64,000 nucleotides of DNA from a virus (taxonomy: Duplodnaviria > Caudoviricetes). The stretch's first letter is position 1; each line of letters opens with the position of its first letter. Position numbers and translations under genes: made by a program. A model generated the notes under the pieces. It ran no database searches. It saw only the letters and a program-made list of their open reading frames with translations, and was not told the origin of the DNA. Shown piece by piece: positions 1 through 7,879 of this stretch. The stretch spans positions 3,017-67,016 of the IMG/VR virus record IMGVR_UViG_3300020576_002828, one strand, 5' to 3'.

Positions 1-71
1 GCACCCATTCCAACCAACACGCCATGCATCACACACCGATATTGCAATGTCCATGCTTTCGTGCGCTTCAT
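1..71 (-). CDS. 5' part of a hypothetical gene running off the window (MKRTKAW...)
   Basis: ATG at 71 with GGAG RBS, downstream of promoter 98-126. Confidence 0.45.
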   Translation of the reverse strand, partial: MKRTKAWTLQYRCVMHGVLVGMG

Positions 72-97
72 GATGTGCTCCGTTTGGGGTATATTGG

Positions 98-126
98 AAC
101 CTAACATCGTATAAACGTGGTGTCAA
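98..126 (-). promoter_or_regulatory. sigma70-like promoter TTGACA-N17-TAGGTT
   Basis: read directly; spacer holds CGTTTATACG box. Confidence 0.6.
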
Positions 127-192
127 GTGGTCGCAGAAAAACGGGCCACCATGCGGTTTCTACCTTTCGGCTGTTATCATATGCTTTATACC

Positions 193-212
193 TTCTGCCC
201 GTTTGTAACAAT
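193..212 (+). repeat. intergenic element TTCTGCCCGTTTGTAACAAT copy 1
   Basis: 5 copies with 0-1 mismatch in the first 5.1 kb. Confidence 0.9.
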
Positions 213-273
213 ATCGCGGCATGGTTATTGCGCCCTTGACATATTTGAATATCGTCCACCTCGTTTATACGGC

Positions 274-301
274 TTGACTATTCGAATATGATGTGTATAT
301 T
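274..301 (+). promoter_or_regulatory. promoter TTGACT-N16-TATATT
   Basis: same pattern recurs at 1525, 4001, 5645. Confidence 0.6.
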
Positions 302-329
302 CCTTATATCACCTTTACCACGGAGCAAT

Positions 330-1370
330 ATGCACGTTCTGATTAACAGCAAGTCTCGCCAATATGTGGTTGACACAACGGCGGGAGAGATCGTGGAACG
401 CACTGGTCGTGGGAAGCCGCCCAGTGACGCGACAGTCGAGTATATGGTTCGTGAGGCTCAGCGTGCGGCCAAAGCGGGTATCAAAGAAATCACCATGCCC
501 GATGCGCGTGATTTGCCCGCTGCGAAAGGGATCACGATTGCACCACCGGCCCCACGTGTATCGACCACACCGGCTCATCGGGACGCGGGTAAGACCGATG
601 ACGAATTGATGGCGGATATGCATGCGCGATATGATATGTTTTGTCGTATCGTGGATGGCGCGACGTATGGTGAATTTCCCGCTGTTATCGTCACGGGTTC
701 GGCGGGCATGGGCAAGACCGAAACGTCCACCGCTATTCTGGAAAAAGCATTCCGGGACCGCGATGTGAAATATTCCATCGTGCAAGGTTCCAACGTTTCC
801 CCGATCACGTTGTATGAACGGTTGTGGAAGTTCCGGCATAAGGGCAACGTGCTGGTGATGGACGACAGTGATACGCTGCTGAACGACTCGCAGGGTGTCA
901 TGATGCTCAAAGCCGCGATGGATTCCAAGCCGTCACGGAAGATGTCATGGGGCACGCGGGCAAGCTTGGAAGGTGACACCCCAAACGAATATGATTATCA
1001 GGGGAGTCTGATTTTTCTCAGCAATCAGAATTTCCGGCATATCGTGAACACCGGGAATCCATTGCATGCGCGAATTCAGCACCTCTCGGCAATCACGTCG
1101 CGTGTGAACTATCTGGATTTGGGCATGCATTCGAACCATGCGCGGTATCTCTGGACCGTCATGCAGATCAAACGGCACCGGATTCTGGAAAAGCGTGGGT
1201 TGACGGCACAGGAACAGACGGATGTGATGACGTTCATTCGGGATCACACGGAAGATTTGCAGGAGGTGTCAATCCGCACCGCTGTCAAGATGGTACCGTT
1301 TGTGCTTATGGCCCGTCGCGACTCGTCTAACGATTGGCGTAAGGCAGTCCGGATGATGGAATTCCGGTGA
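330..1370 (+). CDS. AAA-family P-loop ATPase
   Basis: Walker A GSAGMGKT, Walker B VLVMDDSD; GGAG RBS favours start 330. Confidence 0.85.
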   Translation: MHVLINSKSRQYVVDTTAGEIVERTGRGKPPSDATVEYMVREAQRAAKAGIKEITMPDARDLPAAKGITIAPPAPRVSTTPAHRDAGKTDDELMADMHARYDMFCRIVDGATYGEFPAVIVTGSAGMGKTETSTAILEKAFRDRDVKYSIVQGSNVSPITLYERLWKFRHKGNVLVMDDSDTLLNDSQGVMMLKAAMDSKPSRKMSWGTRASLEGDTPNEYDYQGSLIFLSNQNFRHIVNTGNPLHARIQHLSAITSRVNYLDLGMHSNHARYLWTVMQIKRHRILEKRGLTAQEQTDVMTFIRDHTEDLQEVSIRTAVKMVPFVLMARRDSSNDWRKAVRMMEFR

Positions 1371-1386
1371 TGTTCCACGTGAAACA
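1371..1386. promoter_or_regulatory. parS-consensus site TGTTCCACGTGAAACA
   Basis: matches bacterial parS TGTTNCACGTGAAACA at all 16 positions, intergenic. Confidence 0.7.
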
Positions 1387-1414
1387 CCCCTCAGTGCTCG
1401 GACAGGCTGAGGGG
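1387..1414 (+). terminator. hairpin CCCCTCAG..CTGAGGGG
   Basis: 8-bp stem after ATPase stop, short T run. Confidence 0.55.
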
Positions 1415-1470
1415 CTTTCGCACGTCTGACCGAATTCGCACCCACTGTTTTCTATCCTCTAGCTTCTAGC

Positions 1471-1490
1471 TTCTGCCCGTTTGTAACAAT
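1471..1490 (+). repeat. intergenic element copy 2
   Basis: exact copy. Confidence 0.9.
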
Positions 1491-1524
1491 GCAAAAATAT
1501 TCCGCGACAGATTGAAATATTCAC

Positions 1525-1552
1525 TTGACACCGCGTTTATACGGTGTATATT
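1525..1552 (+). promoter_or_regulatory. promoter TTGACA-N16-TATATT
   Basis: spacer holds CGTTTATACG. Confidence 0.65.
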
Positions 1553-1582
1553 TAAGGCATCACTTCAACGGGAGCCTGACCG

Positions 1583-2275
1583 ATGGAACTGCTGACGTAC
1601 GGGAACGCCAAGATTGTGAAAGGTGAGAGCGAGGGTTTTCTCACGGCAATTCTACATCTTGCGCCTTCGAATATTTCAGGGTACAACGTGTGTGCATCGG
1701 CTTCGGAAGGGTGCAAGCTTGGGTGCCTGAATCGCGCCGGTCGTGGCATTTACCAGAAGACCCAGAACGCTCGTATCCGTCGCACACACGAATTTTTTGC
1801 CGATGTGGACGCGTTCATGGTCCGTTTGGCGAAAGATATTCGCACCGTCACGCGTAAGGCGCACAAGATGGGTTTGACGCCGTGCATCCGTCTCAATGGC
1901 ACGTCTGATATTCCATGGGAGCGTATCGGGTTCTCTGCCGATGGTGCGTTCTTTCCGAATATCATGGCGATGTTTCCCGATATTCAGTTTTATGATTATC
2001 GGAAAATCACCAAGTTTGATAACATTCCGGCCAACTATCACTTGACTTTTTCGCGGTCGGAAGTTAACGAAATGGACGCAATTTCCGCGCTGCATGCTGG
2101 TGTGAACGTCGCGGTTGTGTTCAAAAAATCGCTGCCGTCTCGCTGGCACGGGTTCAAGGTGATTGACGGCACCACGCACGATCTACGGTTTCTGGACCCG
2201 AAAAACACCGTCGTCGGTTTGGTGGCGAAAGGACCAGCACGACGGGATACCAGCGGGTTCGTCGTCCACATCTAA
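1583..2275 (+). CDS. phage gp88-like protein (Cys cluster, radical-SAM-like fold suspected)
   Basis: CxxxxxxCxxxC, RLNGTSD, FYDY, YHLTFSRSE, HDLRFLD motifs. Confidence 0.75.
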   Translation: MELLTYGNAKIVKGESEGFLTAILHLAPSNISGYNVCASASEGCKLGCLNRAGRGIYQKTQNARIRRTHEFFADVDAFMVRLAKDIRTVTRKAHKMGLTPCIRLNGTSDIPWERIGFSADGAFFPNIMAMFPDIQFYDYRKITKFDNIPANYHLTFSRSEVNEMDAISALHAGVNVAVVFKKSLPSRWHGFKVIDGTTHDLRFLDPKNTVVGLVAKGPARRDTSGFVVHI

Positions 2276-2283
2276 ATCGCTCT

Positions 2284-2313
2284 AACCCCTTGGCGGAACA
2301 TTGTCAAGGGGTT
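2284..2313 (+). terminator. hairpin AACCCCTTG-N12-CAAGGGGTT
   Basis: 9-bp stem after gp88-like stop. Confidence 0.6.
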
Positions 2314-2341
2314 TGACAATTGTATATCATGACGATATAAT
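2313..2341 (+). promoter_or_regulatory. perfect consensus promoter TTGACA-N17-TATAAT
   Basis: read directly. Confidence 0.7.
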
Positions 2342-2388
2342 ATTGCCACCTAAAGACGGACGATCTCTTTGTCAAGGGGTCGTCCGAA

Positions 2389-2408
2389 ATTGTTACAATC
2401 GGGCAGAA
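2389..2408 (-). repeat. intergenic element copy 3 (inverted)
   Basis: TTCTGCCCGATTGTAACAAT on minus strand. Confidence 0.85.
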
Positions 2409-2440
2409 GCTGAAAGGTAGAAGGTATATGGTGCCGGAAA

Positions 2441-2487
2441 TTGCAAACGGCCACCATCCGGTTAAGGTATATGGTGGCCGTTTGCAA
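2441..2487. repeat. perfect 17-bp inverted repeat, 13-nt loop
   Basis: TTGCAAACGGCCACCAT / ATGGTGGCCGTTTGCAA. Confidence 0.9.
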
Positions 2488-2856
2488 CGGGTACATTCTT
2501 TTTGTTTAGAGTCAGAATACAACCCGATGAAAACTGACTGGAAACCGTTTCCGCCATCCGATTTTTACGGTATCGGCAACCGTGATATGCTGGTGATTAG
2601 ACTGATATCACCGTACTGTCCATTCTTAAAAATCAGTCTCGGGCCGTCAAACCCGTTGCACCCCTTACTTTTTCCCAGTTGACGCCGGTACTTTTCAGGC
2701 ATCGGTCTATTCCCCTAATGGGCAGTGCCGATGTGGACGGTTGCATACACACTCGCGGTGTTGTACTACGCTAGATGCCGCATTATTGGGCTGTTGGGGT
2801 GAGCGATTACTGGGGTGATTTCGATATTATGAATGTATCACCCCAGTGGCGATCTG

Positions 2857-3165
2857 TCAACCGTCGACCAGATGCCCGATAATGAGGTTGTGCCGGTCGA
2901 TCAACGTCTGCACCGTGGCAATCTCGTTCATGGCATCCTCACGCGCTTCGATGGCTGCCGGGGGATCGTATTGGAAATCCCGACCATGGGGCATCGCAGC
3001 ACGCATCAACGCAGCGGCTTCCGACAGGGCATCAACCACCTTTTGCTGTTGGTCGATCAATTCCCCTTTCGACGTGCCGTTAATGCTTACCTGCGGCATG
3101 ATCACGCTGCCGTCAATTTCCCGTGTGTGTGACCGACGCTGAATGAACTTGACTTCAGCTTGCAT
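2857..3165 (-). CDS. hypothetical protein
   Basis: ORF with GGAG RBS and own promoter. Confidence 0.7.
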   Translation of the reverse strand: MQAEVKFIQRRSHTREIDGSVIMPQVSINGTSKGELIDQQQKVVDALSEAAALMRAAMPHGRDFQYDPPAAIEAREDAMNEIATVQTLIDRHNLIIGHLVDG

Positions 3166-3191
3166 CAAATCTCCGTTGAGGTGATATCCTA

Positions 3192-3220
3192 AACATAATC
3201 ACGTATAAACGTCGCGTCAA
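3192..3220 (-). promoter_or_regulatory. promoter TTGACG-N17-TATGTT
   Basis: spacer holds CGTTTATACG. Confidence 0.6.
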
Positions 3221-3278
3221 CCCCTTCCCATTTGAAATATTCAGGTTATATTACGATATCACTTCATCGGAGATCACC

Positions 3279-3488
3279 ATGAAAGAACTGTTCGGCGGTC
3301 TGGACAATACTCGGGCACTGCGATACGACGGGAGGCAGATCGTATTTCGTCGTCTCCATGAAACCCGTTGGGAGATCGGGACGGTGATCCATGGCGGCAA
3401 TTCGCAATGGGGGTATGTGTCGGCACCCAGTCCGTTGGCGAATATCCATGGTGAGCAAATCGCCGTATTCATCGTCCTTCCGAGCTAA
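3279..3488 (+). CDS. hypothetical protein
   Basis: GGAG RBS. Confidence 0.65.
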   Translation: MKELFGGLDNTRALRYDGRQIVFRRLHETRWEIGTVIHGGNSQWGYVSAPSPLANIHGEQIAVFIVLPS

Positions 3489-3491
3489 CCC

Positions 3492-3785
3492 ATGCATGAA
3501 CTGAAACTTACCACGGATCACGGTCGAATCGTTTTTCAGGTGTCTGACACGAATCCTGCGAATATCCTCATGTCTTCGACGTTGGGTATTCTGGAAGGAC
3601 GTGGTAAATCCGATGATCGCAAGACACCGGAAGAACTGGAATTCTCCGCCGCCTGTGATGGGATGGAAACCCTGTTGATGGAATTGGTGGCCAGTGGTAT
3701 CATTACCGATGCCAACGTGACCACCTTTGCGCCCATGGTTCAACGGGTGTACGAAACCCTCTGCGAAAAATTCTCGGAACTGTGA
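3492..3785 (+). CDS. hypothetical protein
   Basis: operonic ORF. Confidence 0.7.
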   Translation: MHELKLTTDHGRIVFQVSDTNPANILMSSTLGILEGRGKSDDRKTPEELEFSAACDGMETLLMELVASGIITDANVTTFAPMVQRVYETLCEKFSEL

Positions 3786-4018
3786 TGGACACCTTTCGTA
3801 TTACCTTCCGGCCTACGTTCAATTCCCCTCGTCAGACTCGCACAGTTGACGCTGAAACACTTCAATCAGCGGTGGCTATGCTTGGTCCTGTCTGGGGAAT
3901 TCAATCGTGGGAGATTCGCTGTCAGCACACCAACAAGAATTCCACCATGCAGTGCTCCCGATACTCGTCAACAAATATTTGCAATTTCCATCAACGAGTA
4001 TTGACAGCGAGTAAATAA
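3782..4018 (+). CDS. hypothetical protein
   Basis: start overlaps upstream stop. Confidence 0.55.
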   Translation: MMDTFRITFRPTFNSPRQTRTVDAETLQSAVAMLGPVWGIQSWEIRCQHTNKNSTMQCSRYSSTNICNFHQRVLTASK

Positions 4019-4028
4019 AGGGTATATT
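4001..4028 (+). promoter_or_regulatory. promoter TTGACA-N16-TATATT
   Basis: read directly. Confidence 0.65.
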
Positions 4029-4059
4029 TAAAGCATACCCTTTCACTCACGAGGTAACG

Positions 4060-4137
4060 ATGTCTGATCGTCAGGTGCGTGCAGAACAGAAGCGACTCCG
4101 GAAGGCCATGCTGCGGCTCCTGTTGTCCCTGTCCTAA
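4060..4137 (+). CDS. 25-aa basic amphipathic peptide MSDRQVRAEQKRLRKAMLRLLLSLS
   Basis: GAGG RBS, own promoter and terminator; hand-translated. Confidence 0.6.
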   Translation: MSDRQVRAEQKRLRKAMLRLLLSLS

Positions 4138-4147
4138 AACCCAATAA

Positions 4148-4175
4148 GCCCGCTCAGGTATTCACTTGGGCGGGC
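4148..4175 (+). terminator. 12-bp GC-rich hairpin
   Basis: GCCCGCTCAGGT-attc-ACTTGGGCGGGC. Confidence 0.6.
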
Positions 4176-4238
4176 AGGAGTTTTCCACCATATGGTTTAT
4201 ACCTTATGCTGTCTGTCATGTAGTTTCTACCTTCTGTT

Positions 4239-4258
4239 TTCTGCCCGTTTGTAACAAT
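4239..4258 (+). repeat. intergenic element copy 4
   Basis: exact copy. Confidence 0.9.
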
Positions 4259-4274
4259 TCTAGAAAAAACCAAC

Positions 4275-4305
4275 AACCCCCTTGACTTATGTAGCCAAGG
4301 GGGTT
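4275..4305 (-). terminator. hairpin AACCCCCTTG-N11-CAAGGGGGTT
   Basis: 10-bp stem overlapping stop of 4287-4511. Confidence 0.55.
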
Positions 4306-4511
4306 AAGGCGATCTCGGTCAACAGTCCCTGCTCGTCCACCGTGAAATTCGGCTGCTCATCGGACGGGACCACCTGAAACGATTCGCACTGCATCCACGT
4401 GCGATATTTCATATTCCCATATCGCTGAGCCTCATCCTCGGTGGCGACCACAACCCCATTGGGATAAAACTTGGGATCGTCGAACACCTTGAACTGTGCG
4501 GCAAATGCCAT
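4287..4511 (-). CDS. conserved phage hypothetical protein
   Basis: NGVVVATEDEAQRYG resembles a common small phage family. Confidence 0.7.
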   Translation of the reverse strand: MAFAAQFKVFDDPKFYPNGVVVATEDEAQRYGNMKYRTWMQCESFQVVPSDEQPNFTVDEQGLLTEIALTPLAT

Positions 4512-4515
4512 GGTA

Positions 4516-4587
4516 TCACTCCCAGAGGTGAATAGGTTCGTTGAGAGAATTCAGGAATCGACGGATGGTGACACGAATATACTTCAT
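4516..4587 (-). CDS. 23-aa coupled peptide
   Basis: ATGA overlap with 4584-4916 stop. Confidence 0.35.
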   Translation of the reverse strand: MKYIRVTIRRFLNSLNEPIHLWE

Positions 4588-4916
4588 GGTACTTCGTCCG
4601 CAGTGAGCACGGGCAGACCATGTGCGGCGGGATTCTTCAGGACTTCCATCATGGCGTCCATCTGTTCCAGCAACTTGGCCGGGGAACCCTTGAAGCCGAA
4701 TTCCGTTTTGACGATGGTGGTGCACTTCGGAGCCTTGGCGGTGAGACGCATGCCGGGATTTTTGACTTCCATCTTGAGTCCACGCCAGATCATGTGCAGA
4801 CGGAAGAAATTGACCGCCGTGGGTCCAACGAAGCTGGTCGGCACACCCTTGGCGTTGCACTGGATGTAGCTGTCGGGGCTGACCGGAATCTTGGCGTTGC
4901 GAGCGAATGCGATCAC
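4584..4916 (-). CDS. hypothetical protein
   Basis: GGAG RBS, promoter 4946-4974. Confidence 0.7.
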   Translation of the reverse strand: MIAFARNAKIPVSPDSYIQCNAKGVPTSFVGPTAVNFFRLHMIWRGLKMEVKNPGMRLTAKAPKCTTIVKTEFGFKGSPAKLLEQMDAMMEVLKNPAAHGLPVLTADEVP

Positions 4917-4945
4917 GTTGGCGTCTCCGTTGAGGTTATATAAGG

Positions 4946-4974
4946 AATATACACCGCTGTTTAAACACTGTCAA
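4946..4974 (-). promoter_or_regulatory. promoter TTGACA-N17-TATATT
   Basis: read directly. Confidence 0.65.
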
Positions 4975-5042
4975 CCCTGAATATACACGAATATTATATA
5001 CCCCCTCCCCCTATCCAAACCGGTCACTATATACCCTTCCTT

Positions 5043-5062
5043 TTCTGCCGGTTTGTAACAAT
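5043..5062 (+). repeat. intergenic element copy 5
   Basis: TTCTGCCGGTTTGTAACAAT, 1 mismatch. Confidence 0.85.
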
Positions 5063-5079
5063 TCCCATAAATACCGAAA

Positions 5080-5106
5080 CGCCCCTTGACATTGAGCCAA
5101 GGGGCG
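5080..5106 (-). terminator. hairpin CGCCCCTTG-N9-CAAGGGGCG
   Basis: 9-bp stem followed by TTTC on minus strand. Confidence 0.65.
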
Positions 5107-5156
5107 TTTACGGTTATTGCAGATTTTTGATAAGATATCTGCAAACTTATTGGCGT

Positions 5157-5411
5157 TTAGTCAGCCACAACCGAATTCGACTTCGGCTTGTTCGTGCTGC
5201 CGACCGGACGGCCACGGCCACGCTTACCCGCTTCGATCATGAACTTGGTTGACTTGGCACTCGGACGGCCACGCGGTGTGGTGATGGTGATCAAATCATC
5301 GGGAATGTTGCGCAGCGTGGCACGAACTTCCTTGAGCTTCGCCAATTCCGTTTCCTTCGTCGCGATGGCGGAATCAAGCGTATTGCGCACGTTCTGGACA
5401 GATGCAGACAT
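5157..5411 (-). CDS. coiled-coil + AT-hook DNA-binding protein (paralog 1)
   Basis: PRGRP and RGRGRPVGSTNKPK motifs, N-terminal heptad helix. Confidence 0.8.
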   Translation of the reverse strand: MSASVQNVRNTLDSAIATKETELAKLKEVRATLRNIPDDLITITTPRGRPSAKSTKFMIEAGKRGRGRPVGSTNKPKSNSVVAD

Positions 5412-5483
5412 GGTAGTTTCCTATGGTGTGTCAGGTGTTTTGGTTGCTCGGACATCGCGTTGTGCGTCTGCCCTACACAACTA

Positions 5484-5511
5484 AATCTAATCGGCCAATA
5501 TCCAATGTCAA
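5484..5511 (-). promoter_or_regulatory. promoter TTGACA-N16-TAGATT of AT-hook gene 1
   Basis: same hexamers and spacing as 13934-13961. Confidence 0.6.
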
Positions 5512-5644
5512 CAGGAAATAGGCCATTTCGTAAAGAAATTTCGTGTTTTCTTTTGCGCGTTCGTAAGTTGTTGATGTGTATACACTTAGCCCCTAAATCG
5601 CGGCGTCATTCTCACAAAGCTGCTCTAATTGACGCGTTTAGACG

Positions 5645-5672
5645 TTGACTATTGGGCCATAATGTGTATATT
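5645..5672 (+). promoter_or_regulatory. promoter TTGACT-N16-TATATT heading MRxQ cluster 1
   Basis: 32 nt upstream of first MRTQ ORF. Confidence 0.65.
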
Positions 5673-5704
5673 AAAGCATACCCTTTCACCCGTCACCCGA
5701 TATC

Positions 5705-5869
5705 ATGCGAACTCAGCATAAGATCAAGTTGGGCACCACATCACCCACCGGATATACCCGTTTGTTCAATAGTATGTATACCCGATATCACGTGTTATCC
5801 CGTATGGTATTCTGGCGGTTGGATATCCTGTATCGTCGCATACTCCATACCGACTTCATGGTCAAATGA
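5705..5869 (+). CDS. MRxQ micro-protein (MRTQ, 54 aa)
   Basis: hand-translated; first gene after promoter. Confidence 0.8.
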   Translation: MRTQHKIKLGTTSPTGYTRLFNSMYTRYHVLSRMVFWRLDILYRRILHTDFMVK

Positions 5870-6045
5870 GATACCAACGGCAGCATACCTTCGCCTACTT
5901 TGAGCACCCGTTTGATATAGTCGCGTCCAAACCCATGCTGATGAATTTCTGGCAGTTCAACGTAGTGATTAACGCCACCTTTTATGATCTGTTAGAGGCC
6001 ATGCAGTACAATAGCGTCCAACATTACTGGGTAGTCGGTCCATGA
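5866..6045 (+). CDS. MRxQ micro-protein (MRYQ, 59 aa)
   Basis: ATGA overlap. Confidence 0.8.
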   Translation: MRYQRQHTFAYFEHPFDIVASKPMLMNFWQFNVVINATFYDLLEAMQYNSVQHYWVVGP

Positions 6046-6227
6046 GATACCAAGAGAATATCACGTTACCCCCCAGTAGCACCATAGTACAGGCCATTAT
6101 GTGGTATTATAGTAATGGTAAACGGTATATGTATGATCTGTACGTCGGTCCACAAACCACTCTACATATAGCGATATTCATTACCTTTGTAAGTAAGGCA
6201 TACCTCCGGCCCTATAGCGGATCATAG
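6042..6227 (+). CDS. MRxQ micro-protein (MRYQ, 61 aa)
   Basis: ATGA overlap. Confidence 0.8.
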   Translation: MRYQENITLPPSSTIVQAIMWYYSNGKRYMYDLYVGPQTTLHIAIFITFVSKAYLRPYSGS

Positions 6228-6421
6228 TAGTAGGCAATACCCATAGTAGTCGATTTCGCATAGTAGATATCGCCTATATCGCATAGTGGCCGATCATAGT
6301 AGCCAATATATGCATAGTAGGGGATCATAGTAGTCGTTCTTGCCATAGTAGACCGATCATAGTAGCTTTACCATAGGCTATCTGTCATAGTGGCAACAAC
6401 ATAACACCCTTTTCATAGTGG
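6223..6421. repeat. CATAGT(A/G)G short-repeat tract, 11 copies
   Basis: copies at 6223, 6242, 6259, 6282, 6295, 6313, 6326, 6344, 6358, 6386, 6414. Confidence 0.9.
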
Positions 6422-6435
6422 GCGGATCATAGGCC

Positions 6436-6621
6436 ATGCGTAGTCAAGTAAACATAGAAGACGATATCATTACTACTCAGTATATTCTTCGTAGTCGCAT
6501 CATGAAGAATAGATTCTGTAACGCGATACGAATTGATTTGTTGCATACACTTAACGGTTTGGATATCAGCCTTGAAGATATCCTTGATACCATAAGCGAA
6601 GAACATAGGCACCATGCGTAG
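6436..6621 (+). CDS. MRxQ micro-protein (MRSQ, 61 aa)
   Basis: ends HA*, 8-nt overlap with next. Confidence 0.8.
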   Translation: MRSQVNIEDDIITTQYILRSRIMKNRFCNAIRIDLLHTLNGLDISLEDILDTISEEHRHHA

Positions 6622-6781
6622 TCAAGAGATCATAGCGATGCGATATACCGTAGAGCCTACCATAACACGGGCATGTCAAGATAGATCGCGTTTTCTATTT
6701 ATACATACCCCGTGGATAGATGATCAAAATACACTACATAGGATGGCACGCGATCTTGTATGGATTGTATATGGCCTATAG
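6614..6781 (+). CDS. MRxQ micro-protein (MRSQ, 55 aa)
   Basis: paralog of 6812-6982. Confidence 0.8.
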   Translation: MRSQEIIAMRYTVEPTITRACQDRSRFLFIHTPWIDDQNTLHRMARDLVWIVYGL

Positions 6782-6811
6782 TGGCATCTTCATAGTGGAG
6801 GCATCATAGCC

Positions 6812-6982
6812 ATGCGTAGTCAGGTTAGCATAGCGATCTACCCATACACAGGGATGAAACTATCAGGACTGTGTATGGGTAGATCGCCTTTTTTATTTAT
6901 GCATATCCCATGGATAGATCCTGATGATAGTCTATATTGGGTAGCACGAGGTCTAGAATGGGATATAGAGATGTCGTCATAG
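6812..6982 (+). CDS. MRxQ micro-protein (MRSQ, 56 aa)
   Basis: GGAGG RBS; paralog of 6614-6781. Confidence 0.8.
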   Translation: MRSQVSIAIYPYTGMKLSGLCMGRSPFLFMHIPWIDPDDSLYWVARGLEWDIEMSS

Positions 6983-7069
6983 TGTCATCTTCATAGCCAT
7001 TTTTACCGTAGTTGGAAGCCCATAGTGGCAACATCATAGCGCCATCTTCATAGTGAGGGCATCATACCC

Positions 7070-7264
7070 ATGCGGCAACAACACGATATTGGCTACCCAA
7101 CATGTTTTACGCAACATATTTGGAATCTGGCGTCTAAACATCCAGATTTCCATGGGTCAGCCTTCCAGAAATTATACAATCAACGACACATTAATGATCT
7201 GTTTGACCGTATAAACATCCCCATCAACGTCATCCATACTATTGATGATGCGATCTCCCTTTAA
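7070..7264 (+). CDS. MRxQ micro-protein (MRQQ, 64 aa)
   Basis: GAGG RBS. Confidence 0.8.
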   Translation: MRQQHDIGYPTCFTQHIWNLASKHPDFHGSAFQKLYNQRHINDLFDRINIPINVIHTIDDAISL

Positions 7265-7358
7265 GGATGGGGATGGTGAGGCATGGTCGCAAGTAACAAT
7301 CCAAAGAAGATCACACATAATACAATAGGCATACCCATACTCCATAAAAAGGGAATGC

Positions 7359-7544
7359 CTATAAATAGTATTTTTTACTCATAATAACACGGGAAATACC
7401 CACATGCATCTCCCACATGATATTAAACCGTACAGTGGGGCGATGCTGTCGTATGGTCCGTCGTGTGATCAACTTAATACTCTTATACAGCATATCTTCG
7501 AAAAGGTCACCAATAGCGAACGGATATGTGATCTGTTTACGCAT
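7359..7544 (-). CDS. MRxQ micro-protein (MRKQ, 61 aa)
   Basis: ATGCGTAA overlap. Confidence 0.8.
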   Translation of the reverse strand: MRKQITYPFAIGDLFEDMLYKSIKLITRRTIRQHRPTVRFNIMWEMHVGISRVIMSKKYYL

Positions 7545-7704
7545 GAGAGTATGGAATACCGGTAACGAGTCGCAACATCATCAATGCATCCAGCGTATCT
7601 GACCATAAGACTCGCTTTTTATCTGCCTCTGAAATCGAATAATATATCACGTTCTCATATCCATTCCCAACTCCGATCTTCTTACTGACATATTGTTTAC
7701 GCAT
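7537..7704 (-). CDS. MRxQ micro-protein (MRKQ, 55 aa)
   Basis: ATGCGTAA overlap. Confidence 0.8.
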   Translation of the reverse strand: MRKQYVSKKIGVGNGYENVIYYSISEADKKRVLWSDTLDALMMLRLVTGIPYSHA

Positions 7705-7879
7705 GATAGGGTGTCTCCGAATAGTCACGTCCATATACCGTACGTCGATCTACATGACCGAATACCTTATTTGCTATTATGCGATGAACCGATTGTTGTA
7801 AGACCGTGAGTGAAATGAAAAGACGTCCCTCAACGTCCCCATATATCCCTAAGTCTTTATTATATCGCTGTTTACGCAT
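7697..7879 (-). CDS. MRxQ micro-protein (MRKQ, 60 aa)
   Basis: paralog of 8207-8389. Confidence 0.8.
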   Translation of the reverse strand: MRKQRYNKDLGIYGDVEGRLFISLTVLQQSVHRIIANKVFGHVDRRTVYGRDYSETPYHA

